Shown: positions 13,520 to 24,502 of the stretch, piece after piece
How positions within the stretch are numbered: position 1 is the first letter of the stretch
How the letters are laid out: the number at the start of each line of letters is the position of its first letter
Source of the DNA: Octopus sinensis
Lineage: Eukaryota
Length of the DNA stretch: 64,000 nt
Direction: 5' to 3'
NCBI RefSeq assembly: GCF_006345805.1
Contig: NC_042997.1
Span: 132,618,001 to 132,682,000 of the forward strand
Translations under genes and position numbers: made by a program
The notes under the pieces: model-generated
The model's database searches: none
Told to the model about the DNA's origin: nothing
Seen by the model: only the letters and a program-made list of their open reading frames with translations

Positions 13520-14081
13520 TATTGTGTTGCCTGCAAAGTTCGTGCCGATTTATAGCAGCTTACCTTTCGACTTATTTTAGAACATGGTTGAGTCCAGAAA
13601 ATAGGATTTGACTACACCTCCATTTAGAGCACAGTTAAGCTATCTTTTCCTGAAAGAAGGTTTATGTTCCTATAACCTGTCTTAATTCTGTAACCCTTTA
13701 AAATGAAAGATAAGAAAGTTCATTTTCTGCACTTGATGCTTTGGGAACCAGACAAAAATTGCTGCAGCTCGGCTGGGATGTGTTACCCAACCCTCCATAT
13801 TCACCAGATATTGCTCCTTCGGATTTCCACTTACTCATGTCTCTGCAGAATAGTCTTAATGGTAAAAATTTCAATTCCTTGGATGACGTAAAAAGATACC
13901 TTGATGAATTCTTTGCCATGAAACCACTTTAAATCTGGAAAGAGGGTATTTTCAAGTTAAAGGAAAGATGGAGACGCATTGTGCAACAAAATGGTTCATA
14001 TTTGGTTGATTAATTGCAAGTATTTATGGACCTTTTTTCTTTCCGTTATAAATCGGCATGAACTTTCCGGACAACCCAATA
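13520..14081 (+). mobile_element. Internally deleted mariner with both TIRs (562 bp)
   Basis: TIRs tattgtgttgcctgcaaagttcgtgccgattta (13520) and taaatcggcatgaactttccggacaacccaata (to 14081); N-terminal MKDKKVHFLHLMLW joined to LGWDVLPNPPYSPDIAPSDFHL. Confidence 0.9.
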
Positions 14082-14090
14082 TTTCAGTAC

Positions 14091-14300
14091 CGAGCTGGTA
14101 GAATCGTTAGCACACCCAGCCAAAATGCTTAGCAGCATTTTGTTCGTCTTTACATTCTAAGTTCAAATTCCGCCGAGGTCGACTTTGCCTTTCATCTTTT
14201 CGGGGCCGATGAAATAAGTACCAGTTACGCACTGGGGTTGATGTAATCGACTTGCCTTCCCCCATAAATTTTAGGCTTTGTGCCCTGGTAGAAAGGATTA
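14091..14300 (+). mobile_element. SINE family A (tail A2)
   Basis: Same head and core as 2394; tail ggctttgtgccctggtagaaaggatta. Confidence 0.88.
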
Positions 14301-14416
14301 CTTCATTATCTAAATATAAGACGGTCAAAGGAACCCTAAGTATAGTTCTAGAGATTAGCAATATTCAAGTGATTCACATGAAGATATGCAGCTGACGTAT
14401 TGCAAACAATTTTCAG

Positions 14417-14504
14417 AGCCCAGAACTTGCAAATCTACAACAGAAATTTATTCGTCGTGATCATTCCATCATCAATTATGTTCGATGTGTACTTCACGTT
14501 TAAG
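14417..14504 (+). CDS. Candidate exon
   Basis: aattttcAG acceptor, AAG|GTACTA donor; reading frame ambiguous. Confidence 0.25.
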
Positions 14505-15083
14505 GTACTAGAAAGTGACCTGAAAGAGATTTGACTGCTATTTCTTGTAGTTAGAATGCCGGGAGAGAGGCCCCCTATTGTGTTTCTTAAAGCTGTTCTG
14601 TTTCTAATGCTGTGCATGTATTCTTTCGAAACACACATACATGGAACAGGCAATTTCTTTTTCTTTTTAATAAAATATTTTCTTCCCATCGAAGTAACTG
14701 TGGTCCTACCAATAAAAAGGGTCATGATTACTACCATTCTCTTCTCTGAGCCAGTCATTAACCCTTCTACCATTCACTTCTGCTTCCTAGTTCTTTGTGA
14801 AATTGTGTCCTTCCTTAAGAGCTTCTCTAGAGACTGTATGTGCCACTGTAAAATATGCCATCCCCCCAACTAAACCTGCATAATCAATCCTTTCTCTTAT
14901 TTTCCTTTCAACCAATATTTTACCTAATTTTCTAAATTATTCAAGAAGCATTTTCATCAATACTTCAACTGTTTCTCTTTGGGTAGCCTATCCTGGTCAT
15001 AGCTGGTTCTTCATCCCGTAATCTGTAACAATACACATTTTGCAACAACAAAAACGACGACGAAAACGATGACAACAACAACA

Positions 15084-15510
15084 GTGGAGGCGCAATGGCC
15101 CAGTGGTTAGGGCAGCGGACTCGCGGTCGTAAGAACGCGGTTTCGATTCCCGGTCCGGGCATTGTGAGTGTTTATTGAGTAAAAATACCTAAGCTCCACG
15201 AGGCTCCGGCGGGGCGGGGTGGTGAACCCTGTACTCTTTCACCACAACTTTCTCTCACTCTTTCTTCCTACTTCTGCCACAAAGCAGAGGAACCATGGTG
15301 TAACCCACTATGGTGTGGTAAACTTTCAGACCCTAGACTCGATTGCGAATCCACTGTACCCCAGGATGGTTTAGCTCTCCACCCGTTAACAGCCACCGTT
15401 TACGGAATGAGGATAACAACGTAGCTTTCGCGCCAGTGCAACCGCCAGTCTATCGCGTGTGGTGGATGGATCTTCAAGTTGCGCACGCAGTCTTAGTAGC
15501 TTAGAGTAGC
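15084..15510 (+). mobile_element. SINE family B (tRNA-Arg-like head) with tail B2
   Basis: ggaggcgcaatggcccagtggttagggcagcggactcgcggtcg..ttcgattccc; shares ~200 bp with 17363-17664 and 31112-31434, then diverges. Confidence 0.85.
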
Positions 15511-15984
15511 CTCGAATTAGAGATTATTCTTTGTGGCTAATGGCGTGAGTCCAAATTGGAAGAAGAAGAAGAAGACGACGACGACGACGACAACGACGAC
15601 GACGAAAGAGAATGCCCAGTTTAATTCGCTTGTCTCTTATCACAAATACCATAAATTAGCCGAGGCGAGAAAAATCATTTCCGTAGCTTTTTTTCTCTCT
15701 CACCTCTTGCCCACTACTTTTAATCATTGTGTAGACATCTTTCCGCACTTCGATTTTTTTTTCGTCTTACTTCTTGATTCTGAGTGAGTAATACCAATCT
15801 GCAACTGAAATATACAGACGAGCACTTATATGGTTATTATTAGCATTCTCGTTTCAATGTAGGATTCCTCGCGGACTCATTAATGATTATAATGTCTGCT
15901 ATTTCCTCATTAAGTCATGATCAGCCTATGGGTTTGTTTGGGTGGTCGTTACTGGCGAGGGTGTTTACGAGAGAATGGAGTGTA

Positions 15985-16198
15985 AAGTTAACGCGACCTC
16001 TTTGAGTCGTCTTTTTTTTTTTACGACACGCAGAGGAAACGTCTATTCTTTGACATGTCGGACCCCGCAGAGCACGAGAGCAACGTGAAATCAAGTATTT
16101 TGCTCAAGAACACAAAGCGTTGCCTGGTCCGGGAATTGAATCCACGATCTGCCTATAGTGAGTGTTACAACCTAACCACTAAGCTATGCGTCTTCACA
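15985..16198 (-). mobile_element. SINE family D with short tail D3
   Basis: Reverse complement: gtgaagacgcatagcttagtggttagg..gtgttcttgagcaaaatacttgatttcacgttgct..gcgtgtcgtaaaa. Confidence 0.7.
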
Positions 16199-16325
16199 GA
16201 CAAGGACTCCACAGAATTCGTTGGCTTTGACGTGTGCAAAAAGCCGTCAGTAGTGAAACTGGGCGAATCCTAGTTTTAGTAGTATAGAAGACCGTGATAT
16301 CGTTGCCATTGGGTTTTCTGTACAG

Positions 16326-16410
16326 TTATGAAATACCGCCAGATGGAAATACTTTACAATAAATGTGAGATATTCGAACTTATGAGTGGGGGTTTTGAAG
16401 ACAGTCAACA
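16326..16410 (+). CDS. Candidate exon (MKYRQMEILYNKCEIFELMSGGFEDSQ)
   Basis: ttttctgtacAG acceptor, ACA|GTAAGT donor; phase-2 end is compatible with the next candidate at 17082. Confidence 0.5.
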
Positions 16411-17081
16411 GTAAGTAAAATATAACTAAACAGGCTATATAGACGTTGGAGCGTATGACAATGAACGTAAACACAAATGATGGAAAATATCTGGACGAGT
16501 TATTTCGAAAGCAGGTTATTAAGACTCTTCATTTATATCTTATATTCGAAGAACAAACTAAATAAAACTATTCGGCAACCTTCTAAGAACAGTTACAATA
16601 CACAGCCAAAAAAATTGGTTTCATTTAATTATGCTTTCATTTGATTATTTTATAATAACTTGTTATCTTTACTTGAGTGAAGACTAGATATAATTACAGG
16701 ATCCATCGTCAACTTTGCTGACGTCTTAAAACGATAAGGAATGAATAAAGCTGTAAAACACTTTCTTTTTGAAATGTTTTTTTTATCACAGCTGATAAAT
16801 TTTCTTCGACAAAAATATAGATAGTTTTCATAATTTTTAAAAACCTAAATGACTTAGTATGATGAGCTGATGATTAACCGCCCCCCCCCCCACACACACG
16901 CGCGAGCGCGCGCACACAAACATCCACACGAACAGACAAACAAGCAGTGCCCCACCTCACATACAGTCATGGTGGGTGCTACGTAACTTCAAGAAATGGC
17001 AGCGCTTGGTTATTCTTTTAACCAGAAGTAGCACAGGCGTAGCTTTGCAGTCCTACTAGTGATCTACTCTCTTTTGCACAG

Positions 17082-17140
17082 CTGTGATAACGATGGGCGC
17101 CTCTTAGAGCAGGTGTTCAGAGAACTTATCACCCATACTG
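17082..17140 (+). CDS. Candidate exon (CDNDGRLLEQVFRELITHT); 3' boundary uncertain
   Basis: Strong ctctcttttgcacAG acceptor; joins in frame to 16326-16410 (SQ-H-CDND); donor may be GT at 17113 or GC at 17141. Confidence 0.45.
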
Positions 17141-17258
17141 GCATGTGCCTTCATTCCATCATGAAGCTTTTCATTATGTGGTTTGCCCTTTTCGGCATAA
17201 TCTCGGTTTGCATAAAAAGTTCAGAATGAATCTACCTTTTAAACCGAGAGACACCTGG

Positions 17259-17289
<31 letters not shown>

Positions 17290-17300
17290 TATATATATAT

Positions 17301-17354
<54 letters not shown>

Positions 17355-17362
17355 ATATATAT

Positions 17363-17664
17363 TACGTGACCGACCAGGTTATCAGATGTTGCTACACATC
17401 GCCGGTCACAATGCGCTTCGCATTGTTTTAGCCTTCGAATGACGCCACCCCGCTTAGCTTAGCGAGCAGGCCAACAGAAGAAAGAGTGAGAGAAATTTGC
17501 GGCGAAAGAGTACAGTAGGGACCGCCACCACTTCCTGCCGGAGCCTCGTGGAGCTTTAGGTGTCTTCACTCGATAAACACTCACAGGGCCCGGTCTGGGA
17601 ATCGAAACCGCGATCCTACAACCGCGAGTCCGCTGCCCTAATCACTGGTCCATTGCGCCTCCAC
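17363..17664 (-). mobile_element. SINE family B with tail B3
   Basis: tRNA-Arg-like head; tail gctaaaacaatgcgaagcgcattgtgaccggcgatgtgtagcaacatctgataacctggtcggtcacg. Confidence 0.9.
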
Positions 17665-17876
17665 ACACACACACACACACACAAACACACACATATATTT
17701 ATATATATGTATGTATATATGTACACTCACTCACATATGTGCGTATGTGTGTAGTGAGCTCACTAATTTGTCAATATTGTATCAAAATAATTTGTCAGGG
17801 GCTTAAATTATGTCGTTTATATTTCATTTTTCTTTTCTTTTTGCATTTGCATACAAAGTTTTGTTTGTATATATAG

Positions 17877-18021
17877 AGGTGCCGAAACCATAATGACATC
17901 TGTTAGGCATACACCTAATGTGCTCATTGACGGCGAACCATTTGTATCATATTCTCATAGTGCGCAGTCGTTCCTTATTGAAATTCTAGCTGAAACCATA
18001 AACAAGTTAAACTTGTTTATG
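17877..18021 (+). CDS. Candidate exon (GAETIMTSVRHTPNVLIDGEPF...LNLFM)
   Basis: Acceptor after pyrimidine-rich tract, open non-repetitive frame; donor ambiguous (18006 or 18022). Confidence 0.3.
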
Positions 18022-18199
18022 GTTTCTTGGTTTCTCGGTGCATGGTCGTTTGTTGTACACACACATGCGCGCGCACATGTAACATGATAAATACAAGGCG
18101 CACACAGATAAAGATATAACCACAATAACGAAAATACATTATAGCGTAAAATAATTGAAACCTATAGAATATCTATGAGCAGTCAGTCTTCGGAATAAC

Positions 18200-18500
18200 C
18201 CTACCCAAAACAAAGTAATTCAGATGAAAAGATGAGCGAATAGCAGCAGAAGACCATGCATGGAAACGTTAGCAGAAAGCTCCGGAAAGATAGTAACTCT
18301 GATCGTCAAAACAGTCTATCATGGACCAACAACTGGATAACAAAGACCCACTTTGAAGGGTATACGTTTACAATCCAGGAACAGGATATATCAACCAAAT
18401 ACCTGATGCACAAAAGGAACAGAGATACAGGAAAAAACCAAAATCTGATAACCGATGCCAACTTTGTGGAGTTAACACCTAAGATATCATACATATCATA
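18200..18500 (+). mobile_element. R4/Dong-like fragment (pre-zinc-knuckle region)
   Basis: MHGNVSR..SLSWT..HFEGYTFTIQEQDISTKYL matches the motif seen at ~63720-63780. Confidence 0.75.
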
Positions 18501-18624
18501 AGCATTTGGCCGAAAATACCATTTGCCTTGGCGTGCGGGAAGTGCGTAGTTGCACTCACAATAGCATATGTAATTACATGTAAAATATATAAAATTCGGA
18601 CTCAACCTGGACCTCAAGCTAATC

Positions 18625-18846
18625 TGTTTCTTTATTACCCACAAGGGGCTAAACATAGAGGGGACAGACAAACGGATTAAGTCCATTACATCGACTCCAG
18701 TGCGTAACTGGTACTTAATTTATCGGCCTCTAAAGGATGAAAGGCAAAGTCAACCTCGGCGGAATTTGAACTCAGAACGTAACGGCAGACGAAATACGGC
18801 TACGCATTTCGCCCGGCGTGCTAGCTGTTCTGCCACCTCGCCGCCT
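18625..18846 (-). mobile_element. SINE family A1 with 18-bp TSD
   Basis: TSD ctggacctcaagctaatc at 18607-18624 and 18847-18864. Confidence 0.95.
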
Positions 18847-20669
18847 CTGGACCTCAAGCTAATCATTAAAGAGAAAATTTTATCTATCCTTCATGCAAAG
18901 AAATATAATATTCAGGTTTATATATAAATTTTTACGCAGACTTGACGAATCCATTATAGTTACCCGAGTTGTCAAGAAATTGAACACGAAAACCCCAAAT
19001 TTAAACTAAATAGTGATTACTACAACCGACAATCTCAACAATAGTATATTATTATGTCCCCAATGTATGACATAGGTGTTAAAACGACAAAAATACGAAG
19101 TTAAAACAAAAAGTTATACATTCACTTTTTACTCTCATTTAAGAAAGACATTTGATTCACTTGTGAATTAATGCTCTTCTCGTGTGACTCACGTAATCTA
19201 TATTAACCAATGAAACAGTCAGTTCCGGCTCAATCTCGGTATAGTACATGTTTCATGGTACGTTTTATGCTCACAATTTGTTTGATACTTGAAGTAATGA
19301 CAAATGGTAGGAGCTGAGTAAATATAATTATATTGTCCATGTTTTGAGTATTTTTTTCTGTTCGGTATAAAGTACCCATAAACACGCACGCATGGACACA
19401 CGAACCACACACACACACACACTCACCACACACACACACACACGTAAACACATGCCTTAGGAAAATGCAAACGGTTTATATCTGTATGTAAGTAAAAGCA
19501 GATGTCTGTTACCTTTCAGTAATTATTGTATCATTAATATACTTCACTGAACACTACCAAGAGCTTATCTAAATGTGTGTGTGTGTGTGCTTGTGTGCGT
19601 GAGTGTGTATGTGTGTACAAAGAGAGAGATGCATGTATGTGTGTGCTTGTTCGCATGCGTTAATGTTTGTGTGCATGTTTCTGGACGCTTTTGTTTCTCT
19701 GCAGAAAAACAGTTTGAGAAAATGGCGGCAACCTTTCACTTCACCTCGTAGCTTAGTAAAATAAATAATATTCAAATCAAAGCAATTTAGTGAAATCAAA
19801 GCTATAAAATTTCCGTTTATTAAGTTTATTATTACAACGTTACATTAATTGCTCGAAGCACTTCCATTTCTTCTTATATTCACGCATTTTGAACGAGATT
19901 CAAAATTACAAACGGCTTTGTATAAATTTAGCTGCAATAAATTAATGCGTTTTTTTCCAATTCTTCGTTGTTAAAATTTCTGCTGTGCGTGGCTTTTATA
20001 TGAAAAATAATGTAAAAACTTTGCCATTATACAAATGTTTTTCGAAATTTCGTTTCGTTATGGAATCTCTGTAGCAAAACAAATTTATGAGATGCTTGCA
20101 TGTATCAATGAATTTTCACTTTCCTACTCATTCTTTGTCAACAGGAATTGTTGCAACTTCAAATTAAGGTCGACCGCATGAATGGCTTTATGACCGTTCA
20201 TTTTTTTTTTTCCCTATAATGTTTAACCGTTATGGGACTTCGATGGAATGATTATTATTCATAACGGGTGCCTATTCCTGATACTTATTTTTGGTTTTGT
20301 TGCTGTTAGTTATGTAGGTAATATTGAAAAAAATAAAACTTTATTAGAAAAATAAAGTCATTCCTGAGAGATGCTAAACCATTTTTCCTATACCGTATTA
20401 TCAATGCACGAAGCCATTGTGTGTACACTTCCTCAGTTTCTGGATTTATTTGTATTTCTTTGTTCGTTAGTTCATAACGGCTTAGGAATAGCTTGGAAGT
20501 AAAACAAAATAGAGGCAAAGCTATATGACAGCAAGTTGATACGGGAAAGCCACGTTCACTCTACAGAGTATGTATGATGATGTGTGTTTACGAAATATCC
20601 TGATGGATACGCGTTTCAGAATAGAATAATTTGAGAGAATTTCTTTAAAAGAAGTCAAAAACACAAATT

Positions 20670-21072
20670 TAGCATCCTTTCGAGGTCGATCTAATCGACT
20701 GGCTCTCCACTCCAAAAATTTCGGGCCTTGTGCCTATAGTAGAAAAGGATATGTATGTATGCATGTATTCGTATGTCTTTGTGTTTATTTCCCCACGACT
20801 TGAAAACTAGTAATGGTTCCTTTATCTTCCCTAACGTAGTGGTTCAACAAAAAGAGATCGATAAAATGAGTATCAGACTTAAAAAGAAAATAAGTACGGA
20901 GATCGATTTACCGCTGTCCAGTGACTAAAACAAGTAAAATCTGAAAGAAATGTGAAGAGTGAAAAGGATAAAGTGTAGGCTTAGGCGTGGCTGTAAAGTA
21001 GGAAGCTTGCTTTCTAACCACATGGGTCCAGGATCAGTCCCACTGCGTGGCACCTTGGCCAAGTGTCTTCTG
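20670..21072 (+). mobile_element. Cluster of SINE fragments (A2 tail, C tail, C head)
   Basis: gggccttgtgcctatagtagaaaagg; aaagagatcgataaaatgagtatc; taggcttaggcgtggctg..cccactgcgtggcaccttgg. Confidence 0.7.
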
Positions 21073-21762
21073 TTTGAAAAAGGACAAAATTCCGGTCAGA
21101 ACAAGAGAAAATCTTGAACTGAACGAAAGAAATATTGAAGATCCAATGTTTAAATTCATTTACATTATATCTTTCTTCCCCCAATACATAACTGGTATTT
21201 ATTTAATGGATCTAGAAAATAAGAAAGATAAAGTGTAACATGGTTGGATTTCAAAGAGACAGTATGGGGCGTGACAAAATACCACAAAGTATTTTAAAGA
21301 CATGAGTTCGATTGTGTTATAAAAATCGTTTAAATAAGAGTAAACTATACAAAGGTGAGTTATTTGATATTTTTACCGGCTAAATACTTCGAAATCAATG
21401 CGAAGTGAGATGAAAGAGAAAATGTTGCTAGTTTGGAGAGTGCTTCAGAATCAGGCACATAAGATCAATGCAGAAAACCAAACTTGCAATAATATCGTGT
21501 TGTCGCCAAGAAACAAAAGTAGACGACGAGAAAATGTGTGTAATGTCAAGTGGATTCCGATTCGAGTGGGTTGAGAAAGAGTAAGAGAACAGAGAGAAGT
21601 TTTAAAAGATAAAAGAAAAAAGTGAATTCACAAGACTTCAAAACTGAAAATTTAAAAAAATAAACAAATAGAAAACGGGGACATTAAAAAAAAACATTTT
21701 CTCGTTTGAGCAATGGCTTTCATGATAAAATATGGCCTATATAATCTTCTATGATTTTAAAG

Positions 21763-22644
21763 CAGGGGTGGAGAATCTTTTTAGTGCGGAGGGTAAAAAT
21801 TTTCAAAGAAAAATGTTCGCAAGCGTATCACAAGTTGTAACTCTGTGTAACTCTTGTATGTTACTCTTTACACTCTTTTACTCTTTTACTTGTTTCAGTC
21901 ATTTGACTGTGGCCATGCTGGAGCACCGCCTTTAGTCGAGCAAATCGACCCCAGCACTTATTCTTTGTAAGCCTAGTACTTATTCTATCGGTCTCTTTTT
22001 GCCGAACCGCTAATGTTACGGGGACGTAATCACACCAGCATCGGTTGTCAATCGATGTTGGGGTGTGGGACAAACACAGACACACAAACATATACACACA
22101 CAAATATATATATACGACGGGTTTCTTTCAGTTTCCGTCAACCAAATCCACTCACAAGGCTTTAGTCGGCCCGAGGCTATAGTAGAAGACACTTGCCCAA
22201 GGTGCCACGCAGTGGGATTAACCCAGAAACATGAACATATATCTATGTATAATTCGATATACACTAATGAAGCTAAGTTTAACACATTAAATTAACGTGT
22301 AACATCTTTAGGATGCGTAACATCACTGAATTTAGGACGTTTATATTACTTATGTTGTATTCTTTATTTTTCAGCTAGAGTGTAGTGGGGTCTCAAGGGG
22401 CTGGTACAAACCTAGCAATACGGGTTTTATAGTGAAAGCAAAATTTCCATAAAATATCGATTACCGGACGATTTTCTGTTTGAGTCTAACTGTTTCAAGT
22501 CGTAGTGGGGACCTATGTTGCAAATAGGCATATGAATAGTGTATAAATTTATAATTGAAAAATTTACTATATTTCGTACATACGAATGTATCAGCCTGCT
22601 GGCGCAATGAAATGGGCTCGCGGGCGGGGAATTCCCCACCCCTG
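21763..22644. mobile_element. Possible hAT/Charlie-like non-autonomous element
   Basis: Inverted ends caggggtggagaatc / gaattccccacccctg; flanks ttttaaag and atttagag fit an nTYTARAn target but are not identical. Confidence 0.4.
21865..22235 (-). mobile_element. SINE family C
   Basis: Reverse complement cccactgcgtggcaccttgggcaagtgtcttctactatagcctcgggccgac..gctccagcatggccacagtcaaatgactgaaacaag(taaaagag)n. Confidence 0.92.
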
Positions 22645-23227
22645 ATTTAGAGGATAAACAGAGGACGTGCTAATGACATCATCCATCTTAACGGTTTCAG
22701 TAAAGTACATTGAATATCGAATAGCAAAGTTGATCTGAATTACGTTCCTTCCGAGAGTTATCTTCCTTTGGTAAAACACGTACGCCCACACATACTATAT
22801 CTACTCACGCAGACACACGCAGACACATATACATACATGTAATCTAGTGCCTTGATACATACATATATACATACATACACATGTGCATGCATGCTTGTAT
22901 ACATACATATGTGCATGCATATATGTTTGCATATACGAATGCATGCATGCATGCATATACACACGCACAAACACACATACGTATGCATACATACATACAT
23001 AGATATAGATAAATGGCCAAAGGAAATTAGAATAGTATGCTCGGTAGAGCTCCTGCACAAAGTTTGTCTCTTAGAGACAGCAAGAATTTTCAGGAGGGTT
23101 CTAAACACTTGATAGATTGCTGAAAACATGTGGATGCCTAAGTTTACAGGTAGTAACCCACTATCCACATAAAACCCTACGAGGAATAAGACCGAACCTA
23201 AGCTAAACCAAATTAATAATAATAATC

Positions 23228-23279
<52 letters not shown>

Positions 23280-23299
23280 TGATGATGATCATGATGTTG

Positions 23300-23363
<64 letters not shown>

Positions 23364-23388
23364 TAATAATAATGATAATATATACTTA

Positions 23389-23894
23389 TCATGGCTTATG
23401 ATCTTAACTGATTGGAAGTGTTATCATATACATTGTTTTGTCTTTGTATAAAAGATGGGCTACAGCAAATATTCTGCTCAATACCAGAGATTTGCTTGTC
23501 AGTTGTTTGACCTTAACCAGTTGGCCATATCCTTTAGTGGCTGACGATATGTGCATCTTTGATCATGAGCAGGAGTAGTGAGGGAAGCATCATAAACGTG
23601 TGTTGAAAGGAATTCTTGGAAGTTTGGATAATTCACCTTTGGAAACATGGGTGGTTCGCTCAACAACCTTAAACAATCTTTATTCGGGGATCTTTTGAGC
23701 AGGATGGGCTACTCGACCAGAAGAAAATTCTAACTGGGCCCCACCTACAAGGTCATAAGCTGTTTATCTTGATATGAGATCACCATGTCGCGCACATATG
23801 GTTGTGATGCATGACGGGTAGTCATGATGGGTATATTGGGCTTCGTATATTTTACCACAGTGTTATTTTGATGGCATACACTGCTGCCTCACTC
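23389..23894 (+). mobile_element. Non-coding element inserted in (TAA)n (R4 3'UTR or non-autonomous element)
   Basis: (TAA)n on both sides, ends ctgcctcactc-aataataat; second copy at 8287-8683. Confidence 0.8.
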
Positions 23895-23935
23895 AATAAT
23901 AATAATAATAATAATGATAATAATAATGAAAATAA

Positions 23936-24014
<79 letters not shown>

Positions 24015-24020
24015 AATAAT

Positions 24021-24200
24021 CCTTTCTACTATAGGCACAAGGCCTGGAGTTTGTGTGCAGGGCGATAATCGATTAGATCGACCCCAGTACTGACTAGTAC
24101 TTAATTTATCGACCCCGAAAGGATGAAAGGCAAAGTCGAACTCAGAACGTAGCGGCAGATGGAATACCGATAAGCATTTTGTCCAGTGTACTCCTCGGCG
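24021..24200 (-). mobile_element. SINE family A2 within (TAA)n
   Basis: cctttctactataggcacaaggcc..gaccccgaaaggatgaaaggcaaagtcga. Confidence 0.88.
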
Positions 24201-24234
24201 GTTTAATAATAATAATAATAATAATAATAATATA

Positions 24235-24350
<116 letters not shown>

Positions 24351-24502
24351 TAATAATAAACTAACGAAGATACATTCTCAACGCAAAAAAAATAATAAAC
24401 GAACGAAGATACATTCTCAACGCAAAAAAAATATCAGAAATAGAAATAGAACATCTCAAAGAAAAAATACACCAGGAGAATGTAGATAGAAGCCACACAA
24501 CA

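Noticed and set aside
15084-15160. tRNA-like sequences (also 17590-17664, 29187-29255, 31113-31190, 61385-61460)
   Set aside because: A/B boxes present but no complete acceptor stem, and each continues into a SINE body; not tRNA genes
21296-21352. Strong donor AAG|GTGAGT; also strong acceptors near 11366 and 12453
   Set aside because: All frames of the implied exons contain stops; at most non-coding
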